A stretch of 62,934 bases of DNA, counting the filler, from Thermodesulfobacteriota bacterium (lineage in GTDB: Bacteria > DASVDK01): assembly GCA_036381125.1 (NCBI GenBank). It is 4 parts of 4 records of this genome, joined end to end, with 100 filler letters (N's around TTAATTAATTAA, not from the genome) between each part and the next. Parts side by side here need not be neighbours in the genome. Positions count along the whole stretch, not along the records: positions 15,161 to 34,487 come from DASVDK010000169.1; positions 34,588 to 52,922 come from DASVDK010000170.1; 2 more parts are not named here. One strand, 5' to 3'. Below the pieces are notes generated by a model. That model did no database searches, was not told where the DNA came from, and saw only the letters and a program-made list of their open reading frames with translations. Below are positions 31,975 to 39,862 of the stretch, piece by piece. The first letter of the stretch is position 1, and every line of letters starts with the position of its first letter. Both the position numbers and the translations under genes were made by a program.

Positions 31975-32093
31975 GGGCGGGCGTGGGGGATCGGCTCCTG
32001 TCGTCAGGTGCCGCCCACGCGCCGCCCCGCCGGCGCTCCGGGCTAACGCCCGGGCCCCGCTGCGCGGGGCGCATTCCCGCTAATTGCCTGCGG
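31975..32093 (-). repeat. Dispersed hairpin repeat, copy 1
   Basis: The reverse complement aligns co-linearly with 57774-57889; core GCGGGAATGCGCCCCGCGCA(A)GCGGGGCCCGGGCG. Confidence 0.8.
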
Positions 32094-32278
32094 CCGGGAC
32101 AGGGAAGCCGGTGGAAGACCGGCGCTGACCCGCAACTGTGATCGGCGACGACCCCCGCGAGCATCCACTGATCTGCACCCCGCAAGCGAGGTCCGGGCCT
32201 GCCCCGGACCCAGCGCGGCGGATGATCGGGAAGGAGCGGGCAGTAGGACGACCCGAGAGCCAGGAGACCTCCCCGCGC
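32000..32278 (+). ncRNA. Cobalamin riboswitch 2 (5' boundary uncertain)
   Basis: AGGGAAGCCGGTGGAAGACCGGCGCTGACCCGCAACTGT, CCACTG...GGGAAGG, GAGCCAGGAGACCT. Confidence 0.9.
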
Positions 32279-32321
32279 CGCACCGTGAGGCCAACTTCCT
32301 TCGAGGGACGAGGAGGGGCAC

Positions 32322-34223
32322 ATGCATCGACGACAGGGGAGGATCGCGCTCGTCGCGGCTGCCGTGGCGGCCATCGTCGCGGCCGCCGCGGCGGGCCGTG
32401 CCGTTGCCGGCGAGGCCGGGGGGACGAGCGTGGGCGAGGAGGGGGCGGTGCTGCCGCCCGTGGTGGTGAGCGCGACCCGGGTGGAGCAGCCGCTGGAGGA
32501 GGTGGGGAGCGCCGTCACGGTGATCTCCGGCGAGGAACTCAGGCGGCGCGGCATCGACTTCGTCGCCGACGCCCTCGAGGAGGTGCCGGGGCTGTCGACG
32601 CCCCGGTCGGGGACGCGCGGCAAGACGACGTCCATCCACATCCGCGGCGCCGACTCCGAGCAGACGCTGGTGCTCGTCGACGGGGTCCGCATGAACCCGT
32701 CGGTCGGCGGCCGGTTCGACCTGGGCGCCTTCCGGACCGACAACGTCGAGCGGATCGAGGTGATCCGCGGGCCGCAGAGCGTGCTCTACGGATCGGACGC
32801 GATCGGCGGCGTCGTGAACATCATCACCCGCGGGGGCCGGGGGCCGCTCTCGGCGGCCGCTTCCGCGGCGGGCGGCAACTACGACACCTACGAGGTCTCG
32901 GCCGGTCTCGCCGGCGGCGGCAGCCGCCTCGGCGGCTCGCTCGAGGTGTCCCGCTTCTCGACCGACAACCGGTTCCCGAACGACGACTTCGACGTGAACA
33001 CCGCCTCGGGCCGCCTCGACGGGCGGGTGGGGGAGCGCCTCACGCTCGGGCTCACCGTCCGCGCGAGCGACGCCGAGACCGGCCTGCCGGGGCAGGTCCG
33101 GATCGCGCCGAACCTCGTCGACCGGCAGGAGGACGAGGTGCTCGTCGTCGGCGCGAGCGCCGAGCTGCAGACGACCGAGCGCTGGCGGCAGCGGCTCGCC
33201 CTCGGCTACAACGACCAGGAGCTGCGGTTCCGGAGCGCGTTCGGCACCGCCGTCACCGAGACCGACCTCCGGTCGGTCGAGTGGGTGCACACGGTGGAGC
33301 TGCCCTGGTCCCTCACCTGGCTCGTCGGCGGCGAGTACCGCGCGGAGGACGGGAAGGCCGCGGGGGTCGACTCCACGCTCTACACCCGCGCCGCCTTCAC
33401 GCAGCTCCAGGCGACCGCCTTCGACGACCGCCTGTTCCTCACGGCCGGCACGCGGCTCGACGACGGCACGCAGTTCGACACCGAGGTGAGCCCGAAGGTC
33501 TCCGGCGCCCTCCTCGTGCCGGAGACCGGGACGCGCCTCCACGCGAGCTGGGGGGAGGGGATCCGCGGGCCGACGCTCGTCGACCTCTTCTTCCCGGGGT
33601 TCGACGACGGCAGCGGGACCCTCCTCTTCCCCGGCAACCCCGACCTCGAGCCCGAGCGCTCGACCGGCTGGGACGTCGGCGTCGAGCAGCGGGTCGGCGC
33701 GGCGACCGCCGACGTGACCTTCTTCCGCAACGACTTCCGCGACCTCATCGTCCTCGAGCAGACCGCGCCCTTCGCGCCCGTCAACCTCGGCCGGGCCCAC
33801 AGCTACGGCGTCGAGTCGACGCTCGGCGTCCGGCCGGCGCGGTGGATCGACCTCGAGGCCAGGTACACCTACCTCGTGGCGCGAGACGACGAGACCGGCG
33901 ACCTCCTCCTCAGGCGGCCGCGCAACCAGGCGAGCGTCGCCGCCACGGTGAGGCCGCTGCGGCACGCCTCGGCCACGGCGTCGGTGCTCTACGTGGGCGA
34001 GCGGCGCGACAACACGTTCGAGGTGGGGAGCACGCCGCGGACGTTCGGCGGCTACACGCGCGTCGACCTCTCGGCCCGCTACCGGATCCCGGAGCTGGCC
34101 GGGTTCCGGGCGGTGGAACTCTTCGGTCGGGTCGAGAACCTCCTCGACCGCGAGTACGAGGAGGTCGCCGGCTTCCCGGCGCTCGGCATCAACGTCCTCG
34201 CCGGGGTGCGGGGGACCTTCTGA
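32322..34223 (+). CDS. btuB: TonB-dependent receptor, probable BtuB
   Basis: Signal peptide, TonB box VVVSATR, plug LVLVDG...ERIEVIRGPQSVLYGSDAIGGVVNIIT, GNPDLEPE, C-terminal Phe; riboswitch upstream. Confidence 0.9.
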   Translation: MHRRQGRIALVAAAVAAIVAAAAAGRAVAGEAGGTSVGEEGAVLPPVVVSATRVEQPLEEVGSAVTVISGEELRRRGIDFVADALEEVPGLSTPRSGTRGKTTSIHIRGADSEQTLVLVDGVRMNPSVGGRFDLGAFRTDNVERIEVIRGPQSVLYGSDAIGGVVNIITRGGRGPLSAAASAAGGNYDTYEVSAGLAGGGSRLGGSLEVSRFSTDNRFPNDDFDVNTASGRLDGRVGERLTLGLTVRASDAETGLPGQVRIAPNLVDRQEDEVLVVGASAELQTTERWRQRLALGYNDQELRFRSAFGTAVTETDLRSVEWVHTVELPWSLTWLVGGEYRAEDGKAAGVDSTLYTRAAFTQLQATAFDDRLFLTAGTRLDDGTQFDTEVSPKVSGALLVPETGTRLHASWGEGIRGPTLVDLFFPGFDDGSGTLLFPGNPDLEPERSTGWDVGVEQRVGAATADVTFFRNDFRDLIVLEQTAPFAPVNLGRAHSYGVESTLGVRPARWIDLEARYTYLVARDDETGDLLLRRPRNQASVAATVRPLRHASATASVLYVGERRDNTFEVGSTPRTFGGYTRVDLSARYRIPELAGFRAVELFGRVENLLDREYEEVAGFPALGINVLAGVRGTF

Positions 34224-34487
34224 TGAAGGGGGCGCTCCTCGCCTCGGCCGCGCTCCACGCGGCGGTCGTGGGGCTGGCGCTCGCGGCGGGGGGCGGCGGC
34301 CAGGCGCGGTTGCCGCGCGCCGGGGTGATCGAGGTCGTGCTCCACGACCCGGCGGCCGGGGAGGGGAGCCGGGTGGCCGCCGCGACGACCTCGCCGTCGC
34401 CGGGCCGGCCCTCGGCCGAAGCGGCGCCGCCGGGAGGGACCGGCGCCGCTCGGCGCGCGGCCGCACCGCGTGCGCGCGCGACCCCCT
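34223..34487 (+). CDS. Probable TonB energy transducer N-terminus (truncated by the gap)
   Basis: TGATG coupling to btuB, TM helix with SAALH (SxxLH) motif, Pro/Ala-rich linker. Confidence 0.6.
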
Positions 34488-34587
34488 NNNNNNNNNNNNN
34501 NNNNNNNNNNNNNNNNNNNNNNNNNNNNNNNTTAATTAATTAANNNNNNNNNNNNNNNNNNNNNNNNNNNNNNNNNNNNNNNNNNNN
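34488..34587. other. Artificial contig-join spacer
   Basis: N44-TTAATTAATTAA-N44. Confidence 0.97.
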
Positions 34588-34699
34588 GGGGCCGGTCGGC
34601 CGCCACGCCGCCACGTTCCTCACCGGGGTCATCCCGACGGACGACGTGCCGGTCCTGACCGACGACTATGCGCCGGTCGACAGCCTCTTGCATTTCTAG
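34588..34699 (+). CDS. 3' tail of a probable spermidine-synthase-like (fused MFS) protein
   Basis: Ends ...DDVPVLTDDYAPVDSLLHF*, the LTDDxAP tail typical of this family. Confidence 0.55.
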
Positions 34700-34746
34700 C
34701 CGCGCGCCGGAGCGAAGGGCTCCTGCGCGGGCTCGAGGGGGATCAG

Positions 34747-35202
34747 GTGGTAGACAGGACTCGTGACGTTCGCAAAGTGCTCTGCATCGAGGACGAGGAG
34801 GACATCGGACGCCTGCTCGCGATGATCGTCGGCAGCATCGACGGCTTCGAGCCCATCGTCACCGGCGACGTCGACGAAGCCATCCGCCAGCTCTCCGACG
34901 ATCTCGCGCTCGTGCTGATCGACGTCGGCCTGCCCGACATGGACGGCTACGATCTCTGCCGCCTCATCCGGCAGAAGGGCTACCGGCAGCCGATCATCTT
35001 CGTGTCCGCGTACGCCGGGAAGGACGACGTGCGCCGGGGCTACGAGGTGGGGGGCAACGACTACGTGTGCAAGCCCTTCGACCCCGACGACCTCGTTGCG
35101 AAGATCGTCAAGTGGACCGACGCGGGCGAGGCGGGGGAGGCGTCCGAGGCGCCCGAGGAGTCGGAGGCCGGCGAGTCGGCCCGTCCGACCACCGTTCTCT
35201 GA
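34747..35202 (+). CDS. Single-domain response regulator
   Basis: IEDEE, LIDVGLPDMDG, IIFVSA, YVCKPF; acidic tail and no output domain. Confidence 0.9.
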   Translation: MVDRTRDVRKVLCIEDEEDIGRLLAMIVGSIDGFEPIVTGDVDEAIRQLSDDLALVLIDVGLPDMDGYDLCRLIRQKGYRQPIIFVSAYAGKDDVRRGYEVGGNDYVCKPFDPDDLVAKIVKWTDAGEAGEASEAPEESEAGESARPTTVL

Positions 35203-35209
35203 GCCCCGA

Positions 35210-36097
35210 TCATCGGTCCCTGGCCGACCTGGCGAGCAAGAGCGCCATGACCGCCGCGAGGCCCAGGAAGAGGACCTCCACCAGGAAGCGGCGGCTGCCG
35301 GCCAGACGCCGGAACCCCAGCTCGTAGTCGAGCGGGGCCGTGAGCTCCCGCACCGCCACCACGCCGCCCTGACGGCTGCGGATCGGATCGAAGGCCGCGG
35401 CGCGGCTGACCGTCGCCGTGACGAACGCGCGCTGGCGGCGCTCCCAGCGCCGCCAGGGGACGCTCGCCGCCGGCTCGCCGCTCGCCCGCGAGCCGTCCTC
35501 GTCCAGCAGGGTCGTGGCGCGACGCACGCCGTCCGGCGTGTAGATGCTCGCGTCGAGGCCGGTGGCCGCCTTGACGGCGTCGACGAAGTCGGGGCCGAGC
35601 GGCCGGGCGATGGCGAGCGCGGTTGCCGCGCGCCCCGGCGTGCGGTTGAGCACCGCGGCCGTGACGGCGAGCGCCCCGCTCTCCTCGTCGCGCTCGATGC
35701 CGGCCGCCAGGCCGGTCTCGAGCGCCTCCCGCATCGAGTCCCAGATCTCCGCCCGCTTGAAGGTCCCGCTGGTCGTCACGCGCAGGTTGTCGTCCACGCT
35801 CACGACCTGGAGGCCGATCGTCGGCTCGAGGCCCTGGCGGCGCGTCGCGGCGACCGCCGCCGCCGGCTCGGCGTGCTCGAGCGACGCCGCCACCTCGGGC
35901 GCGGTCGCCAGCCGGCGGGCCTCCTCGAGGACCCGGGCCTCGACGGCCGCCTGGACCCGGTCGGCCTCCTCGCGCGACTGATCGAGTCGGCGCGTCGCGG
36001 CCTCCCGGGCGAGGAGGCGGGCGTGGTTGAAGGTGAAGAGGACCAGGGCGAGGCCGAGAAGCGCCAGGAGCCCCTTGGCGAGGCCGGAAGGGGACAT
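35210..36097 (-). CDS. Two-TM Cache-like sensor protein lacking a cytoplasmic output domain
   Basis: N-terminal TM, periplasmic domain with FVDAVKAATGLDASIY...RRATTLLDEDGSRASGE, C-terminal TM followed by only about 7 residues. Confidence 0.65.
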   Translation of the reverse strand: MSPSGLAKGLLALLGLALVLFTFNHARLLAREAATRRLDQSREEADRVQAAVEARVLEEARRLATAPEVAASLEHAEPAAAVAATRRQGLEPTIGLQVVSVDDNLRVTTSGTFKRAEIWDSMREALETGLAAGIERDEESGALAVTAAVLNRTPGRAATALAIARPLGPDFVDAVKAATGLDASIYTPDGVRRATTLLDEDGSRASGEPAASVPWRRWERRQRAFVTATVSRAAAFDPIRSRQGGVVAVRELTAPLDYELGFRRLAGSRRFLVEVLFLGLAAVMALLLARSARDR

Positions 36098-36180
36098 GGG
36101 GGGATTATAAGTCGCTCGCGGGCGATCCGGGGAGCCGGATCCGGGTCGGTGTCCCGCGGGGAGGTGGGGTCGCAGCGGCG

Positions 36181-36210
36181 GTCAGGAGGGGACCGGGGCC
36201 CCCTCCTGAC
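36181..36210. terminator. 11-bp inverted repeat downstream of the Gly/Ser repeat gene
   Basis: GTCAGGAGGGG...CCCCTCCTGAC; no U tract. Confidence 0.45.
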
Positions 36211-36225
36211 GTTCCGCCCTCGCGC

Positions 36226-36738
36226 CTACTGCGGGCTGGCCGACGGGGTGGTCGAGCCGGAGCCGCCCATGCCGCCGGAGCTGCCGGAGCCCGGCATGGT
36301 CGACGAGCCGGAGCCGCCCGCGCCGCCGGAGCTGCCGGAGCCCGGCATCGTCGATGACCCGGCCCCGCCGCTCGTCGAGCCGGAGCCGCCCCCCATGGGG
36401 GACTCGCTCGGATAGGCGCCGCTCGTGCCGCCGCTCGTCGACCCCGAGCCCATCGTGGACGAGCCGGAGCCGCTGGTGCCGCCCGAGCCCATCGTCGACG
36501 AGCCGGCCCCGCCGCTCGTCGAGCCGGAGCCCATCGTGGACGAGCCGGAGCCGCTGCTGCCGCTCGTGCCCCCGCTGCCCGGCAGCGTCGAGCTGCTGCC
36601 GGTGCTCGGCTGACTGCTCATCGTCGAGCCGCTGCCACCCGCACTGGTCCCGCTCGTGCCGGTCGCCAGGACGTCGGCAGGCAGGCCCCACCCGAGCAGT
36701 GCGGTGGCTGCAAAGGTGGCGAGATAGGTTCTACGCAT
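36226..36738 (-). CDS. Secreted Gly/Ser/Thr/Met low-complexity repeat protein
   Basis: RBS AGGAGGAG, Sec signal MRRTYLATFAATALLGWGLPADVLA, repeated GSSTM(G/P)(G)SGS units. Confidence 0.75.
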   Translation of the reverse strand: MRRTYLATFAATALLGWGLPADVLATGTSGTSAGGSGSTMSSQPSTGSSSTLPGSGGTSGSSGSGSSTMGSGSTSGGAGSSTMGSGGTSGSGSSTMGSGSTSGGTSGAYPSESPMGGGSGSTSGGAGSSTMPGSGSSGGAGGSGSSTMPGSGSSGGMGGSGSTTPSASPQ

Positions 36739-36883
36739 CGATGCGTCTCCTCCTGCACGCCGGCGGGGCCCTTTCCCCGCCGACGCTCGTAGAGGAGCAC
36801 GGAGCATGCCCCGCTCCCGGTGCGGCGGCTGCCGACGGCGAGACCCGGCCCGGTGGGCCGGCGGGCGAGCCCCGGGCACGGGG

Positions 36884-39265
36884 TCAGCGAGCGCCCATCC
36901 CCACGGCGGCCGCCTCACCGGCCGGGGCCTCGCTGAGCGCGAGCTGGAGCGCCTCCTCGATCGTCTCGACCGGCCGGAACTCGAGCCCCGCCTTGAGGTG
37001 GTCGGGGATCTCCGCGACGTCCCGCTCGTTGCGCTTGGGCAGGATCACCGTCTTGATGCCGGCCTGCTTCGCGGCCAGCACCTTCTCCTTGATCCCACCG
37101 ACCGGCAGGATCAGGCCGGAGAGGTTGATCTCGCCCGTCATCGCGACCGTCGGCTTCACCGGCCGCCCGGTGAGGAGCGACGCGAGGGCGACCGTGATCG
37201 TCACGCCGGCGGACGGGCCGTCCTTCGGGGTGGCCCCGGCCGGCACGTGGATGTGCAGGTCGCTCGTCTCGAAGAAGTGCTCGTCGATGCCGAGCTCCTT
37301 GGCGCGGGACCGGACCAGCGAAAGGGCGGTGCGCGCCGACTCCTGCATGACCGTGCCGAGCGATCCGGTGAGGGTGAGGTTCTTGCCGCCGGGCATCCTG
37401 GTCGCCTCGACGAAGAGCACCTCGCCTCCGGCCTCGGTCCAGGCAAGGCCCGTGGCCACGCCCGGGCGGGCGGTGCGCAGCATCACCTCCGGGAAGATCC
37501 GCTCGGGCCCGAGCAGATCCGGCAGGTCCGCCTTCGTGATGCGGGCCGCGGCCGCGCCGTCGGCGGCGATCCGGCGCGCGATCTTCCGCGCGATCCTCGC
37601 GATCTGCCGATCGAGGTTCCGGACGCCCGCCTCGCGCGTGTAGGCGGAGACGATGTGCCGAATGGCGTCGTCCTCGATGACGAGCGCCCCCTCCGGCAGG
37701 CCGTGGTCGCGCGCCTGTCGGGGCACGAGGTAGCGCTGCGCGATGTGGACCTTCTCCTCCACCGTGTAGCCGGAGATCCGGATCACCTCCATCCGGTCGA
37801 GCAAGGCCGGGTGGATCGGGTCGAGCGAGTTGGCGGTCGCGATGAAGAGGACGCGCGACAGGTCGAACGGCACCTCGAGGTAGTGGTCGCGGAACGTGTG
37901 GTTCTGCGCCGGGTCGAGCACCTCGAGGAGCGCCGAGGCGGGGTCGCCGCGGAAGTCGGCGCCGATCTTGTCGACCTCGTCGAGCATCATCACCGGGTTG
38001 TTCGACCCGGCGGTCCTGAGCGACTGGATGATCCGGCCCGGCAGGGCGCCGACGTAGGTCCGCCGATGCCCGCGGATCTCCGCCTCGTCGCGCATGCCGC
38101 CGAGGCTCATGCGGACGAACTTCCGCCCCAGGGCCCTCGCGATCGACTGCCCGAGCGACGTCTTGCCGACGCCCGGCGGGCCCACGAAGAGCAGGATCGG
38201 CCCCTTGAGGTCCTGCTTGAGGGAGAGCACCGCGAGGTACTCGACGATCCGCTCCTTCACCTCCTCGAGCCCGTAGTGGTCCTCGTCGAGGATCCGCTGC
38301 GCGTTCGCCAGGTCGAGCTGGTCCGTCGTGGACACGGCCCACGGCAGGTCGGCCAGCCACTCGAGGTACGTGCGGGAGATCGGGTACTCCGCCGACGCGG
38401 GGTTGAGCCGCTCGAGCCGCTTCAGCTCCCGGTCGGCGGCCTTCTGGGCCTCCTCGGGCAGCTTCGCCCTGGCGATCCGCTCCCGCAGATCGGCCATCTC
38501 GGCCTCGCGGTCGTCGCCCTCGCCGAGCTCCTTCTGGATGGCCCGGAGCTGTTCGCGCAGGTAGTGCTCGCGCTGCGCCCTGGTCATCTCGCTCTGGATC
38601 TGCGACGAGATCCGGCCCCCCAGCTCGAGCAGCTCCAGCTCGCGGCCGAGCACCTGGAGGATGCGCCGGAGCTTCTCCTCCACGTCGTCGATCTCGAGCA
38701 CCATCTGCCGCTCCCTGAGCGGCATCCGGATGATCGACGCGAGGAAGTACACGAGCCGGACCGGGTCGTCGATGTTCGCCGCGGCGCCGGACAGCTCGTC
38801 GGGCAGGTAGGGCGCCTTCTCGATGAGCTTCTGCACCTGGCCGAGGGCCGAGCGCATGAGCGCCTCGACCTCGCGCGACCGGCTCTCGCCCTCGGGCGCC
38901 ACGCGGATCTGCGCGCGCAGGTACGGCTCCCGCTGAACGTAGTCCTCGACGCGCAACCGCGCGAGCCCCTCCACGAGGAGCTTGATGGAGCCGTCGGGCG
39001 CCTTGAGCATCTTGTGGATGCGCACCGCGGTGCCGACGAGGAAGAGGTCCTCCGCGGTCGGCTCCTCGGGCACCGTGTCGTCGGCCTCGCCGCGCGGCCG
39101 CGCCGCCGCCACGCCGATGACCTGGCCGGCGGCCATCGCCTCGTCGATGGCCGGCCCGAACTTCGGGTCGTTCACCGAAAGGGGGACGATCGTCGTCGGG
39201 AAGACGACGAGGCCCCTCAGGGGCAGGAGCGGCAGGATGTCCGGAATCTTCTTGGTCTGGTCCAT
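36884..39265 (-). CDS. lon: ATP-dependent protease La
   Basis: LPLLPLR, DHYGLEEVKERI, GPPGVGKTS, catalytic PKDGPSAG, GGIKEK. Confidence 0.97.
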   Translation of the reverse strand: MDQTKKIPDILPLLPLRGLVVFPTTIVPLSVNDPKFGPAIDEAMAAGQVIGVAAARPRGEADDTVPEEPTAEDLFLVGTAVRIHKMLKAPDGSIKLLVEGLARLRVEDYVQREPYLRAQIRVAPEGESRSREVEALMRSALGQVQKLIEKAPYLPDELSGAAANIDDPVRLVYFLASIIRMPLRERQMVLEIDDVEEKLRRILQVLGRELELLELGGRISSQIQSEMTRAQREHYLREQLRAIQKELGEGDDREAEMADLRERIARAKLPEEAQKAADRELKRLERLNPASAEYPISRTYLEWLADLPWAVSTTDQLDLANAQRILDEDHYGLEEVKERIVEYLAVLSLKQDLKGPILLFVGPPGVGKTSLGQSIARALGRKFVRMSLGGMRDEAEIRGHRRTYVGALPGRIIQSLRTAGSNNPVMMLDEVDKIGADFRGDPASALLEVLDPAQNHTFRDHYLEVPFDLSRVLFIATANSLDPIHPALLDRMEVIRISGYTVEEKVHIAQRYLVPRQARDHGLPEGALVIEDDAIRHIVSAYTREAGVRNLDRQIARIARKIARRIAADGAAAARITKADLPDLLGPERIFPEVMLRTARPGVATGLAWTEAGGEVLFVEATRMPGGKNLTLTGSLGTVMQESARTALSLVRSRAKELGIDEHFFETSDLHIHVPAGATPKDGPSAGVTITVALASLLTGRPVKPTVAMTGEINLSGLILPVGGIKEKVLAAKQAGIKTVILPKRNERDVAEIPDHLKAGLEFRPVETIEEALQLALSEAPAGEAAAVGMGAR

Positions 39266-39294
39266 ATCGGATCTCGATCAGGCCTTTCGCAGTG

Positions 39295-39705
39295 TCAGCG
39301 GATCGTCACGCGGTGCACCGGTTCGGGCTCGGGCGGCCTGCGGCGGACGGCGATGCGGAGCATGCCGTCGCGGTACTCGGCCTCGAAGGACGACTCGTCG
39401 ATGTCCGCCGGGAGGACGAGCACCCGCTCGAACGGGGCGTAGACGATCTCGCGGCGGAGGTAGCGCTTCACGCCGCCGTCCTCCTGCTCGCGCGGGCGGC
39501 GCATGCCGCGGATCTCGAGGCGCTGGCCGACGAGGCTCGCGCTGAGGTCCTCCCTGGCGACGCCGGCCAGCTCGACGGTGATGAGGATGCGGTCGTCGCA
39601 CTCGACGACATCGGTCGCCGGGCGGACGACGCCTCCCTCGAGCGCGCCGGTCGGGCCGTCGACGCCGGACACCCAGTAGAGGAGCAACCGGCTCACGTCA
39701 CGCAC
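39295..39705 (-). CDS. Hsp20/alpha-crystallin family protein (start uncertain)
   Basis: RPATDVVE, ELAGV, REIVYAPFERVLVLP, AEYRDGMLRI; directly upstream of lon. Confidence 0.85.
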   Translation of the reverse strand: MRDVSRLLLYWVSGVDGPTGALEGGVVRPATDVVECDDRILITVELAGVAREDLSASLVGQRLEIRGMRRPREQEDGGVKRYLRREIVYAPFERVLVLPADIDESSFEAEYRDGMLRIAVRRRPPEPEPVHRVTIR

Positions 39706-39802
39706 GGCCGGCGCCCTCGGCGCGCGCGGCCTGCCAGCCTGACGCGGTTCGTGCCGAAATGACCATGAAAGGGCCACCTCCCGATGTTCCACGGGAGGAG
39801 AT

Positions 39803-39818
39803 GGCAGGAAACGTGCCG
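39803..39818 (-). promoter_or_regulatory. Sigma54 promoter candidate for hsp20-lon
   Basis: CGGCAC-GTTTC-CTGCC, GG-N10-GC. Confidence 0.5.
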
Positions 39819-39862
39819 AGTCGGGCAGAGCCGCGTCCGCGGGGACGGGACCGGCCGCGGCG

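Noticed and set aside
36255-36600. Tandem repeats as a possible CRISPR array
   Set aside because: The repeats are degenerate, in-frame and lack unique spacers; they encode the Gly/Ser protein, and no cas genes are present
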